Notes: a model not told the origin generated them from the sequence alone. Counted from the first letter of the stretch, positions 19,068-29,090 are shown. The stretch is 64,000 nucleotides of DNA from Nitrospirota bacterium (GCA_049325335.1 JBMOMC010000006.1:35673-99672), one strand, 5' to 3'. Numbers and translations: made by a program.

Positions 19068-19423
19068 GAGCTGTTCTCCTTTCCCCCCGTCCTCCCGCGG
19101 GCCGACAGCTCGGCCAGCGAGAGGGCGAGGAGAACAGGAGAGGAGAAACGGTTTCCCCGTCCGCCAACAGCAAGGTCTCACGATTCAGTTGTCAAAGAAC
19201 GGGTGCTGCTACGGGCTGAGCATACAGGCTGCCGCAACGAGCGAGCACGGGCTGGGCCGCCACTCAGCGCTTTGTTTTGGCAGGTTGAACGCAAGAACAA
19301 GGGATGGATTAGGAGGGCAAACGCTGTCCACATCCCGGACAGTGATTGCGACATTCTGTGTCCGGTGATTCCAGTTCGTCATGTTCGCCGCGATTTTCAG
19401 GTCCTGGACGCGTCGCCCTTGGA

Positions 19424-19440
19424 GGGCACCGACCTTGCAC
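19424..19440 (+). promoter_or_regulatory. Candidate sigma-54 (-24/-12) promoter upstream of the fadL-like gene
   Basis: GGGCAC-CGACC-TTGCA matches TGGCAC-N5-TTGC(A/T). The GG (19425-26) and GC (19437-38) are 12 nt apart, and the motif sits about 45 nt upstream of ATG 19485. Confidence 0.5.
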
Positions 19441-19484
19441 AGAAGACTCCTCACAAGGATCGTCCTCGGGCGGGGAGGTCAACC

Positions 19485-20726
19485 ATGGGAGCGGTATGCT
19501 GGCTTCTGACAGTGGTCTTTGCGGTAGCAGTATTGTTTAGCAATCCACAGGAGGTCGAGGCGTCTGGCTTTTCGGTTTACGACTTTGGAGCGGCTGAGCA
19601 AGCCAAGGGGAATGCCGTGGTGGCCCAGGTCGATGCCCCTTCGGCCGTGTTCTATAACCCGGCAGGGCTGGCCGGGCTCGAAGGGACCGATCTCCAGGTG
19701 GGAACCACGGCCGTCTTCCCCAAGAGCAGCTTCCACAGCAACGTCACGGGCCTGGACACGGACGGCGATGCCGGTGCCGCGTTCCCTTCCTATCTCTTCG
19801 TGTCACAGCGACTGGGCGGCTCTTGGGGCATGGGGCTCGGTCTCTTTGCGGCCTCGGGGAACAAGGTGGACTACCCCGAGGACTGGGAGGGCCGTTTCGT
19901 CGTGACCTCCGCAGAATTGCGCCAGGTGCATCTGGCGCCCTCGATAGCGTACCGTGTCACGCCGAACGTGTCGGTTGGAGCCGGCGTGGTGGTCACGCGA
20001 GCCGACTTTCAGCAATCCAGTCAACTCGACTTCTCGACATTCAGCCTTCCCGAAGGCAGCGCGGACCTGGAGGGCGACGGCTATGGACTCAGCGCGAACG
20101 CCGGTCTGCAGGCCCGGTTCGGTGCGACCGCGGTCGGCGCGGTCTATAAGAGCGCATCCAGTATTTCGTTCGACGGGACCGCCAGCTTTCAGGTACCGGT
20201 ACCCGCGGCCGCGTTCTTTCCCAACGGCGGGATGGAAACTTCGCTCAAGTTTCCGCAGATGGTCATCGTGGGAGTAGCGAACCGGGCGATTCCGCGGCTG
20301 ACCCTTGAGGGCGACGTGCAGTGGAGCAACTGGAACACGTTGGACAGCCAGGCCATCCGCTTCGACAACAACACGCTCGCGCTCCAGGACACCAGCGTGG
20401 CACTTGACTGGCAGGACACCTGGACATTCCGTATCGGCGGCCAGTACGACGTGAGCGATGCCGTGGCCATCCGGGCCGGATACACCTACGATCCCAGCGC
20501 CGTGCCGGATGCGACGCTGAGCCCCGTGTTTCCAGAGCCGGATAAGCACGAGGTGAATATGGGCCTGGGCATCACGCGAGGATCGTGGACCATCGACCTC
20601 CTGTACGGGGTCCTCATCACCGAGAGCCGCCAAGCGAACAACTCGCTGACCGGCCTTCCGAATCACAACGGGACCTACGACAGCTCCGCGCAGGCCGTCG
20701 GACTCTCGGTGCGCGGCCGGTTCTGA
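19485..20726 (+). CDS. Outer membrane transport protein (OMPP1/FadL/TodX family)
   Basis: Signal peptide MGAVCWLLTVVFAVAVLFS, an N-terminal hatch-like FGAAEQAKGNAV..AVFYNPAGLA, alternating beta-strand pattern, and a C-terminal Phe. The track ORF 5' extension from 19053 was rejected. Confidence 0.85.
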   Translation: MGAVCWLLTVVFAVAVLFSNPQEVEASGFSVYDFGAAEQAKGNAVVAQVDAPSAVFYNPAGLAGLEGTDLQVGTTAVFPKSSFHSNVTGLDTDGDAGAAFPSYLFVSQRLGGSWGMGLGLFAASGNKVDYPEDWEGRFVVTSAELRQVHLAPSIAYRVTPNVSVGAGVVVTRADFQQSSQLDFSTFSLPEGSADLEGDGYGLSANAGLQARFGATAVGAVYKSASSISFDGTASFQVPVPAAAFFPNGGMETSLKFPQMVIVGVANRAIPRLTLEGDVQWSNWNTLDSQAIRFDNNTLALQDTSVALDWQDTWTFRIGGQYDVSDAVAIRAGYTYDPSAVPDATLSPVFPEPDKHEVNMGLGITRGSWTIDLLYGVLITESRQANNSLTGLPNHNGTYDSSAQAVGLSVRGRF

Positions 20727-20870
20727 CTTGTGGAAGTCCGCGGGCTTGTGCTAGATTCGCGGCACGTCGGCGTCCGCGGAGACTTCTCGTGCCTCATCCC
20801 TGACGCTCCCCCAGCCGACCTCGGACCGGAACGCCGATCTCATGAACGCCTGGCTGAAGAAGGACGGGTC

Positions 20871-21926
20871 ATGCGCGTTGGAATGATCCCCGAAAATCCC
20901 TTGGAGTGGGTGGCGGCGCGAGCCAACGCGCTGCCGTTTCCCGTAGCCGATACGTTCGTGGCCATCATCCAGGCCCGGGCGATCATGGCCGCGACCCGGC
21001 TCGGCGTGTTCGGCGCGCTGGCGAAGACGCCGGCCTCGGCCGCGGAACTGGCGGCCAGGCTGTCGTGCACGGAAAAGGGGATCCAGATCCTGCTGAACAC
21101 GCTCGTCGGGTGCGGATACGCAGTGGAGACCGCCGGGCGCTACGACCTCGCGCCGCGCGCGCGCAAGTGGGTCACGCCGGATGACCCGCGGTCCATGAAC
21201 CACTTCATCGACTTTCAGTACGATCACTGGGAGTGGTGGACCCGCCTTGAAGACGCCATTCGCACCGGGGCGACATTGGACCTGCACGCGGGCATGCTCG
21301 ATCCGGCCGGGTGGCGCCGCTACATCTACGGGCTGCACGATCTGTCCAAAATGGCGGCCAAGGAGCTCGTGCTGCGATTCCGGTTGAAGCCAAACCAGAC
21401 GCGCCTGCTCGACATCGGGGGCGGCCACGGAGCGTACGTCGCGGCGTATTGTCGCCGATACCCCAATCTGCAAACCGTCATCTTTGATCTGCCGCCGTCC
21501 CTCGATGTGGCGCGCGAGATCGTCGGAACCCTGTATCGTGACGTGGCGGATCGGATCGCCTTTCGCCCGGGCGACCTGGTCAAAGACGACTTTGGCTCCG
21601 GCTATGACGTGATCTTTCTGTTCAACGTCCTGCACCACTTCGACGACGCGGCGATCCGCCAGACGTTCCAGAAAGTCGCCAATGCGTTGAATCCCGGCGG
21701 GACGTTCGTGATCCTCGATCAGTTCAAGCGCGACAAGGCCGCGGGCCCGGAATCCTACGCCGCGGTCCTGACGCAGCTCCTGTTCCTGGTCACCAGCAAC
21801 GCGGGAAGCCTGGATCTGGGCAACGTCCGTACGTGGCTGGGGGAGTCAGGTTTTTCGACCGTGCAGTCGAAAAACCTTCGTGTCGGTCCCGGAACCTCGT
21901 ACGTCACGGCGATCAAACGCTCGTGA
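20871..21926 (+). CDS. Class I SAM-dependent O-methyltransferase with N-terminal dimerisation / winged-helix domain
   Basis: SAM motif I LLDIGGGHGAY, an acidic loop VIFDLP, and post-I motifs DVIFLFNVLHHF. The start is at ATG 20871. Confidence 0.8.
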   Translation: MRVGMIPENPLEWVAARANALPFPVADTFVAIIQARAIMAATRLGVFGALAKTPASAAELAARLSCTEKGIQILLNTLVGCGYAVETAGRYDLAPRARKWVTPDDPRSMNHFIDFQYDHWEWWTRLEDAIRTGATLDLHAGMLDPAGWRRYIYGLHDLSKMAAKELVLRFRLKPNQTRLLDIGGGHGAYVAAYCRRYPNLQTVIFDLPPSLDVAREIVGTLYRDVADRIAFRPGDLVKDDFGSGYDVIFLFNVLHHFDDAAIRQTFQKVANALNPGGTFVILDQFKRDKAAGPESYAAVLTQLLFLVTSNAGSLDLGNVRTWLGESGFSTVQSKNLRVGPGTSYVTAIKRS

Positions 21927-21944
21927 AACCCGTGAGGTCGCTCC

Positions 21945-24900
21945 ATGACGATCGTGCCCAAGGGCATCCTGATCGTCGGCATCGCCATCGCGACGGCGGC
22001 GATCGGCATCTTGGTCCTCAAAGAGCGCCGCGCCGCTGCCAATGTGGCGGGCTTCTTCTTATGCCTGGCGGCCGCCTTTCAGGCCTTGTTCCTCTTCGGC
22101 CGCGAGTGGCTGCTCGACCGGAACCAAGTCCCGCTTCCGTGGAATAACTTCGCCGACGCCAGCGGCGCGCTATTTTCGTTTGCCGCGGTGTCGTTCGCGC
22201 TGGCGTTTCCCAAGCCCATCCCTCATTTCCGCCTGGCGGTCATCCCGCTCGCCGTGGTCTCGGCGCCCATTGCCGGAATCGCGCTGGCCGGCGGCAATTT
22301 CGCCGAGCACGCCGTCGTCGATGGCGTCCACGTCTTCACCACGACCACGTTCTATCAGGTCTATGTCGCCTACGCCTTGCTCTCCATGGTGGCGACGTTC
22401 GGCATCCTGGTGGCCAAGTACCGCCAAGCCGGGACTGCGAGCGCGAACGAGACCGCCCGGAAAGCGGTCGGGACGGTCCTGATCGGCTTCTCTGGCGCGA
22501 TCGCGGTCGGGCTCATTTTCGCATTCATCCTGCCCCTGCTCTTCCATGAGGTCCGGTACTTCTATCTGCAAACGCTCGGGTTTCTGATCGCCACCATCGT
22601 CGTCTTCTATTCCGTGGTTCGGTTCCGGGCGTTCGACGTCCAGACCGTGGTCCACAAGACCCTGAGCTGGCTTGCCCTGTCCTCGGTGCCACTTGCGGTC
22701 GCCTTCTGGGTGGGGTCGTGGCTCAAGCCGCGCATGGCGGAGGCATCGGCGTCGGAGTGGGGGCTGGCCATCGGGGGAATCGGATTTCTTTGCGGCCTGT
22801 ACCTGTACGTCGCGCAACCTTATATCGACCAGCTCTTCGACCGGAGAAAGCATAACCTCCGGCGGACCCTGGAGGAGATGATCACGGATCTGGCTGTCCT
22901 CCAGGAACTCCGTCCCATGGCGGAGGGCATTCTCGCGCGCGTCTGCCGCGTACTTCCGGTCGAGGGCGCCAGCGCGCTGGTCCTTGCCGATTCCCGCGAT
23001 CGGCTAGTGGTCGTGGCCTCGCAGGGTCATGGCGCGACCGACTCGATCGGGGTTGGTGCCGCCGTCCTGAAACGGCTCGAAACCGGAGACGTGTTGGCGT
23101 TCGATCGTGCCGGTGACGATTCGGCGCGGCAGTGGCTCGAGACATCGAACTTCGCGCTCTGCTTCCCCCTGGTCCAGCAGGGGCAAGTCGTCGGAGCGAT
23201 CGCACTCGGAAAGAAACGGAACCTCCGCCGGTTTGCCCCGCGGGAGATCGCGTTTCTCTCGCGAGTGGCTGCCACCGCGACGATCGCGTTTTCCAATTCG
23301 CTGCTCCTGGAACGAGTCCGTGAGCTCGACCGTCTCAAGACGGAATTTCTCTCGGAGATCGCCCACGAGTTGCGCGGGCCGCTCTTCGGCATTTCGAGCA
23401 TTGCGGACGGGCTCACGGCGGACGACGATCACGCGCTCACCGAAGACCACCGCCGGTTGATCGATGTGATTCGCGTGACGGCGGTGGAGATGAAGGAGCT
23501 GGTAGAGCATCTCTTTGATTTGAACAAGATCGAAATGGGCATCATGAGATTCGATGTCCAGCCAGTGGACGTCCCCACCGTAGTGCGTCTGGCGGCCGAT
23601 TTGGCGCGGGATTCGGCTCGGGCGAAGGGCCTCAGTCTCGAGGTGGCGTTAGACGATGATCTCCCGCTCGTCGAGGGAGACCGGACGCGGATCAGGCAAT
23701 GCGTCACCAACCTGCTCTCGAACGCGATCAAGTACACGGACAAGGGCACGATCCGCCTGTCCTGCGGGCTTGAGGGAACCGGCGTGCGGGTGGCTGTCGC
23801 GGACACCGGACCGGGGATGGCGCCGGAAGAAGTGAAGACGGCGTTCGATCGCTACCGCCGCGGCCGAGAGGTGGGGGCCATCGAGGGGACCGGCCTGGGG
23901 TTGGCGCTCACCAAGGAGATCATCGAGGCCCACGGAGGCAGTGTGGCGGTTGACAGTGCGCCGGGGAAGGGAAGCACGTTCTTCTTTGATCTTCCGATCC
24001 AACAGGCGACGCCCCAGCGCATGACGGATGGGGCGCACCGGTGGCCGGGCCGGCCGTTGCTCAGAACCCACGCATCTCTGGGGACAGGGCTCCAAGGCGG
24101 CTCGTCGTGGACCATGCCGGAGTCCCTGCATGGCCGTGGCGAAACTGTTCTTGTAGCTGATGATTCTGAGACGGATCGCGAGGCGCTCCGAGCGTCGCTG
24201 GTGGGCAAGGGCTACACGGTCCTGGCCGCGAAAGACGGCATGGAAGCGCTGGATCTGGTGCGCACCCACAAGCCTGGTCTGGTCGTGACCGACTTGATGA
24301 TGCCCCGGCTGTCGGGCGCCGAGCTCTGCCGGCTGCTGAAAGAGGATCCCGACACGGCGTCCATCCCCGTGATCCTGGTAACGGCCCGGAATAGCCTGGG
24401 CGACATGGTGTTCGGGATCGAGATGGGGGCCGATGACTACGTGGCCAAGCCGTATGACGCGCACGAACTGGCCGTGCGGATCTCCGCGCTGCTGCGTATG
24501 CGGCGGATCAGGGAGGACCTTGAATCAGCCCAGGCCCGTCTAGTGGAGATGGAACTGATCGCCACCTCGGCGGGGACCTTGGCGCACGCAGTCAAGAATC
24601 CCGTGGTGATCATCAGAAACTACGTGAAGTGGCTGCGGGACGCAATCGAGCGCTCGGACAGACGAGAAACTGGTGACGCGCTGGCACGGATCGACGCGGC
24701 GGCCGCGGCCATTGCGCGGATCATCGATGGCCTCAAGCGGGCCCACCTGGATCGGCCGCGGAAGACTTGGGTCCACCTGCCGGAACTCCTGGATGGCACG
24801 CTTCGCGAAATGGCGGAGACAGCGGCCGGGGCGGGCGTCCATGTGGTCCGGGACTACGAGGAGGGGCTGCCTGCGGTGGAGGCGGACGCGGCGCAGCTCG

Positions 24901-25253
24901 CGATGGCGTTCACCAATCTGCTGACCAACGCGATCGAGGCAATGCCTCATGGGGGGACCCTGACGCTGCGAACGTTTGCGGGATCTGATGGTATCCAGAC
25001 CGAGATTGAGGATTCCGGGCCCGGGATTCGAGAGGAGTTACAGGAGCACCTGTTCAAGCCGTTCATCACAACCAAGATCGGCGGTACCGGACTTGGGCTT
25101 TGGACCACGAGGCGGATCATCGAGTCGCATCACGCAGGACGCCTGACGATCGACTCGGTCCCGGGCAAAGGCACCGTGGTCCGGGTGTGGATGCCGACGC
25201 GAAGCCCGGCGAGCACCGCTCTGCGAGAGGTGGTGAGTCATGGAACGAGCTGA
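21945..25253 (+). CDS. Multi-domain hybrid sensor histidine kinase: polytopic membrane sensor, GAF, HisKA/HATPase, REC, then a second DHp/HATPase
   Basis: About 8 N-terminal TM segments. Core 1 has H-box SEIAHELRGPL, N-box NLLSNAIKYT, and G-boxes DTGPGM / GTGLGLAL. The REC domain shows LVADDSE...TDLMMP...DDYVAKP. Core 2 has H-box LAHAVKNPV, N-box LLTNAIEAM, and DSGPGI / GTGLGLW. Confidence 0.9.
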   Translation: MTIVPKGILIVGIAIATAAIGILVLKERRAAANVAGFFLCLAAAFQALFLFGREWLLDRNQVPLPWNNFADASGALFSFAAVSFALAFPKPIPHFRLAVIPLAVVSAPIAGIALAGGNFAEHAVVDGVHVFTTTTFYQVYVAYALLSMVATFGILVAKYRQAGTASANETARKAVGTVLIGFSGAIAVGLIFAFILPLLFHEVRYFYLQTLGFLIATIVVFYSVVRFRAFDVQTVVHKTLSWLALSSVPLAVAFWVGSWLKPRMAEASASEWGLAIGGIGFLCGLYLYVAQPYIDQLFDRRKHNLRRTLEEMITDLAVLQELRPMAEGILARVCRVLPVEGASALVLADSRDRLVVVASQGHGATDSIGVGAAVLKRLETGDVLAFDRAGDDSARQWLETSNFALCFPLVQQGQVVGAIALGKKRNLRRFAPREIAFLSRVAATATIAFSNSLLLERVRELDRLKTEFLSEIAHELRGPLFGISSIADGLTADDDHALTEDHRRLIDVIRVTAVEMKELVEHLFDLNKIEMGIMRFDVQPVDVPTVVRLAADLARDSARAKGLSLEVALDDDLPLVEGDRTRIRQCVTNLLSNAIKYTDKGTIRLSCGLEGTGVRVAVADTGPGMAPEEVKTAFDRYRRGREVGAIEGTGLGLALTKEIIEAHGGSVAVDSAPGKGSTFFFDLPIQQATPQRMTDGAHRWPGRPLLRTHASLGTGLQGGSSWTMPESLHGRGETVLVADDSETDREALRASLVGKGYTVLAAKDGMEALDLVRTHKPGLVVTDLMMPRLSGAELCRLLKEDPDTASIPVILVTARNSLGDMVFGIEMGADDYVAKPYDAHELAVRISALLRMRRIREDLESAQARLVEMELIATSAGTLAHAVKNPVVIIRNYVKWLRDAIERSDRRETGDALARIDAAAAAIARIIDGLKRAHLDRPRKTWVHLPELLDGTLREMAETAAGAGVHVVRDYEEGLPAVEADAAQLAMAFTNLLTNAIEAMPHGGTLTLRTFAGSDGIQTEIEDSGPGIREELQEHLFKPFITTKIGGTGLGLWTTRRIIESHHAGRLTIDSVPGKGTVVRVWMPTRSPASTALREVVSHGTS

Positions 25254-26661
25254 GATTCTGGTCGTTGAAGACGACCCCAACTACGTCGAACTGTACGGAG
25301 CGGTCTTGAAGGCCGCGGGATACACGACCGCCGTCGCGTCCGATCCCCAAGCCGCGCTCGCAGCGATCCATCGGCGCGCACCGGACCTGGTGCTCCTCGA
25401 TCTGACCTTTGAGGGCACGCCGCAGGCCGGGTTGGACTTCATTCCTGACGCGCTCCATCGACAGCCGGACCTTCCTATCACCGTGGTGAGTAGCCAGGAT
25501 CAGAGCGCGATCATCACCAAGGCCCTGGAACTGGGCGCGGTGGATTACATCGTGAAGGATCAATCGCTCTACGACCTGCTCGCGTTCCGGGTGGGGCAGA
25601 CGCTGACCCGCACGCGCCTGGAGCGGCGGATCAAGATGGACGGCGGGTTCATCTTCGACGCGGGCCGGGTGATCATCGGGCGGTCTCCAGCGATGGTGCA
25701 TGTCTACGACCTGATCGAGCGCGTTGCCCAGCACCGGTCCACCGTGCTCATCCTGGGGGAGAGCGGGACCGGGAAGGAACTGGTGGCCCAAGCCATCCAC
25801 GCGCGCAAGGGGCTGCCCAGCGCGCCGTTCGTCTCGATCGATTGCGGCGCCGTACCGAAGTCCGTCTTGGAACCCGAGTTGTTTGGGGTGAAGGCGAATT
25901 ACCCAGGCTTTCACAACAAAGAGCGGCTGGTCGGCAAGCTGGAGGCCGCCGGAGAAGGAACGCTCTTCCTCGATGAGATCGGCAACATGGAGATGGACCT
26001 GCAGGCCTCCCTGTTGCGCGTACTTGAGGAGCGCCGGTTCACACCGATCGGGGACACGACACCTCAATCGCTCAAAGCCCAGGTCGTCGCCTCGACCAAC
26101 GTCAACATCGACGCGGCCATCCGAACGGGAAAGTTCCGCGAAGATCTCTACTATCGCCTGAACGAAGTCCCGATCGTGTTGCCCCCGCTGCGCGACCGGA
26201 AGGAGGACATTCCCTTGTTGGTGCGACACGTGCTCGCTCAACACGAGGTGCGGTCGGGCGATCGGATCGAGATCGTGCCGGAGGCGGTGGAGAAACTGAT
26301 GGCCTACGATTGGCCCGGCAATGTGCGGGAACTCGTCAAGACGTTGCAGCGAGCGGCGACATTGTGCCGGTCCCGTTATCTCACGCCGAAAGATTTCGAT
26401 CTCAGCCCGTCCACGGCCAAGCCCACGGCTGGGGCGATCGAATTTACACCCGTTGACGAGTCGGTCCTGTCGATTTCGGTTCGTGTGCCGTTCGAGAGTA
26501 CGCCGTTGGCCGAGTTCACGCGCGCTGCGAGAAGGGCATACGCCAAGCATGCCATGGCGCAGTCCAAGGGCAATCGGCTCATGGCAGCGGGGCTGTTAGG
26601 CGTCGACATCAGAACACTGCGACGGTTGCTGAATAACCGCAGTGGAGACGAGGGGACGTGA
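25240..26661 (+). CDS. NtrC-family response regulator (REC, AAA+ bEBP domain, Fis-type HTH) with a degenerate GAFTGA loop
   Basis: REC domain ILVVEDDP...VLLDL, Walker A GESGTGKE, Walker B LFLDEIG, and C-terminal HTH NRLMAAGLLGVDIRTLRRLL. The canonical ELFGHEKGAFTGA reads ELFGVKANYPGFHNK here. Confidence 0.9.
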   Translation: MERAEILVVEDDPNYVELYGAVLKAAGYTTAVASDPQAALAAIHRRAPDLVLLDLTFEGTPQAGLDFIPDALHRQPDLPITVVSSQDQSAIITKALELGAVDYIVKDQSLYDLLAFRVGQTLTRTRLERRIKMDGGFIFDAGRVIIGRSPAMVHVYDLIERVAQHRSTVLILGESGTGKELVAQAIHARKGLPSAPFVSIDCGAVPKSVLEPELFGVKANYPGFHNKERLVGKLEAAGEGTLFLDEIGNMEMDLQASLLRVLEERRFTPIGDTTPQSLKAQVVASTNVNIDAAIRTGKFREDLYYRLNEVPIVLPPLRDRKEDIPLLVRHVLAQHEVRSGDRIEIVPEAVEKLMAYDWPGNVRELVKTLQRAATLCRSRYLTPKDFDLSPSTAKPTAGAIEFTPVDESVLSISVRVPFESTPLAEFTRAARRAYAKHAMAQSKGNRLMAAGLLGVDIRTLRRLLNNRSGDEGT

Positions 26662-26759
26662 TGGAAAGAGATCGCGCTTTGCAGCTCCCTCTGAACACCG
26701 CTTCTACAGGCAGTCTTGCCGCGAGTCTCTGCCGTTCGTCTCCCCGCCCTCCAATGCCT

Positions 26760-27980
26760 TCAACTGAAGAAATTGAACGATCTTGACTCAGGAAATTTAC
26801 AATTAGGATTTCTAAAGAGCAGTCCCTCATTGTAGAAGCGGCTAACGTTGGTAGTCCTCTCGCTTCTGACTTCTGACCAATAGCCTATTGCTGCGACGTG
26901 AGAGAGCCCGGGCTTCGCAAGCTCAAGGCAGGTCATGATTTGCAGGGCGCTATCCGTATTTAGACCGTGAAGATCATCTATCCCTTCTAAAAAACACCAA
27001 ATCAGACCGGGTCGTGACGTATCTAATTGCCCAACAGCATTGGAAATCCTATCCCTGATGCCAGATACGACATGATCAGCCTTGTTCGACTTCAAGATCA
27101 GTTCAACGGGATCAACGGGGTGCCCACCGTGGCCCCTTGCGAAAACTGCCCCGTGAGCGTGGTGTTGCTCTTCCTTGTTCAGCTTTTCGTACAGGTTGCT
27201 GTAGCACGAAGCAAAATCCACAGCGGCTTTGCTCGATCTCTCTAGCTCTACGTGTAATGTCCCTTGATCGATAGACCGAAAGCCGTGGTTTCCCGTGGTC
27301 CTTATTGATTGAATGACTGAGTGCAATAAGGTGTCCAAGTACTGCTCATTGGTATGAAGCCGGTCGTTTAACGTGAGATCAATTGTCCCCGAATATCCCA
27401 TCTTCTCGATTTCGGGAATCAGCTTTTCTGCAAGTCGGTAAAAGTCTCTCCGTCTAATCTTTCTGGACGCGTCTACGCTTATTCGTTTGCACTCAACATT
27501 AAATTCTACCGTGGGGGCTTTCACTAGGAACTCTGAATGGCGGCGAGAGTCGTCACTGTGCCATTGAATTGAATAGCCCTTCACATAAAAAGGCCATGCC
27601 GCTGCTATCTCAAACAGAGCGTCATATGATCGTTCGTCAACAGTAAGGTCCCGACGATATTTCTCTCTGATCGAGTCGGGCATCAGTTTCTGAAGAGTAG
27701 TTATCTTTTTCGCATCAGCAGCTAGGTTCTTCAGTTCGCCCGTAAGGTTTAATCGTAGAGACTTGCCAGCCTTGAGCAGCGCACGATACTCGCTAAGAGC
27801 TTGCCACCATGGATGCCTATATTTTAGAAAATACTCCCGATATACCGGGCCAGCCGATCGGAGGGCCTTTTCGTATCTTTCGAGTTGTTTCTCCACAGTA
27901 ATTGGCCCTAGAAACCGAATGAGTTTCCTGACCAAATTCGACACCTCAGTGTCATGAAGCTCTGCAACTGACTGCGTCAT
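26760..27980 (-). CDS. Hypothetical protein, 406 aa, with a possible PD-(D/E)xK nuclease-like core
   Basis: Lower-GC ORF. The segment HSEFLVKAPTVEFNVECKRIS fits the (D/E)-x(n)-E-x-K restriction-endonuclease-fold pattern. No other motif was recognised. Confidence 0.5.
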   Translation of the reverse strand: MTQSVAELHDTEVSNLVRKLIRFLGPITVEKQLERYEKALRSAGPVYREYFLKYRHPWWQALSEYRALLKAGKSLRLNLTGELKNLAADAKKITTLQKLMPDSIREKYRRDLTVDERSYDALFEIAAAWPFYVKGYSIQWHSDDSRRHSEFLVKAPTVEFNVECKRISVDASRKIRRRDFYRLAEKLIPEIEKMGYSGTIDLTLNDRLHTNEQYLDTLLHSVIQSIRTTGNHGFRSIDQGTLHVELERSSKAAVDFASCYSNLYEKLNKEEQHHAHGAVFARGHGGHPVDPVELILKSNKADHVVSGIRDRISNAVGQLDTSRPGLIWCFLEGIDDLHGLNTDSALQIMTCLELAKPGLSHVAAIGYWSEVRSERTTNVSRFYNEGLLFRNPNCKFPESRSFNFFS

Positions 27981-28028
27981 TTTATGGCGCGGAGTTTTGA
28001 GAGTTTCCGCGTCTCACGGCAACCTTGA

Positions 28029-29090
28029 TTATGGTAACGGAGCCAAGAGACCTCTCCTTGACTTGATGGTGATCGCGTCAGATGGACGGCGCTCAAAATC
28101 TTCATCCGAGATCTTGTGCATTATTTGGGGTGTGCCTCCGTCGGGAGGAATGAAGAGGACTGTTGCTGCGGCGGAACCAGACCGCATGACGTCCGGGCCT
28201 ACCGCAAAGCAATCGCCAAATAGAACGCCTAGCGGCCCGTCAAAGCTATGATCCTTGTAAAACTTCAGCACGCGGCAGTTGGTGAGTTGTATCTGATCGG
28301 GATCGATCCTAGAGAAACGATCATAAAAGTCTCTTCTGTCGACGGGCGGAAGAAAGACGACTCGATCTGCGATACCGGCAACAAGGGTAAGTTCTTTCCC
28401 CACAAGGCCAATACCTATCCATGGGCTATCGAATCCACCATTTGGACAGCGGGCTATGAACGGGCCCTCCAAGATTTGTTCCGTGGGTCTGGTGATCTGT
28501 TCTCTGAGTGGATTGAGATGTTTCTGAAGCGCCCACGAATATCCCAGTTCCCGAAACCACAGAAGATATGCCGAGGTCAGAAAGCCAATCGCAATCAGCC
28601 GTTGTTTTTCCTCTTCCAGGATCGGAATCGGTACGGTAACGGTGAGGTGGCCAGGGCGAGCGGCTTGCAGTTCTTCTAGTCGTCTCAGCGAATCTGGAGA
28701 GGTCTTGTCTGCCCAAATAAGAAATTGGAGGCCAGTCGCAGGCGTAAACTCGAAACTGCCACTAACCCGTATACCCGAGACTTCAAAATAGCCTCTTGTC
28801 AGTCTTGTGTTTAGGACAGACTGCTGACCGTCTCTTCGCAGTCTTAGGTACTCTCCGAACCATTTATCCTGCCGAGTTCCGAACGTACTGTTGCATCGTC
28901 TACAGATAAGGGTCTTCAGCGTCCCCCCTGCGACGCGTGGGATGACGTGAGCCTCGCTAATTTCGTCAGGTTGATCACCCGGAATCGAATTGAGACAAGT
29001 CGGGCAGAGAAAATGGCCTGCGAATTGCGGATGGAACAAAGCGAAGCTTCTTGCAAGCTCTGAAATGACTCTCTGTTTCGTCCGTTTCAT
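28029..29090 (-). CDS. Protein with an N-terminal HNH (His-Me finger, HNH_5-like) zinc-finger domain and an uncharacterised C-terminal domain
   Basis: CPTCLNSIPGDQPDEISEAHVIPRVAGGTLKTLICRRCNSTFG fits CxxC...(E)H(V/I)IP..GG...CxxCN..(F)G. The remaining 270 aa or so are unassigned. It sits 48 nt upstream of the 406-aa gene on the same strand. Confidence 0.55.
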   Translation of the reverse strand: MKRTKQRVISELARSFALFHPQFAGHFLCPTCLNSIPGDQPDEISEAHVIPRVAGGTLKTLICRRCNSTFGTRQDKWFGEYLRLRRDGQQSVLNTRLTRGYFEVSGIRVSGSFEFTPATGLQFLIWADKTSPDSLRRLEELQAARPGHLTVTVPIPILEEEKQRLIAIGFLTSAYLLWFRELGYSWALQKHLNPLREQITRPTEQILEGPFIARCPNGGFDSPWIGIGLVGKELTLVAGIADRVVFLPPVDRRDFYDRFSRIDPDQIQLTNCRVLKFYKDHSFDGPLGVLFGDCFAVGPDVMRSGSAAATVLFIPPDGGTPQIMHKISDEDFERRPSDAITIKSRRGLLAPLP

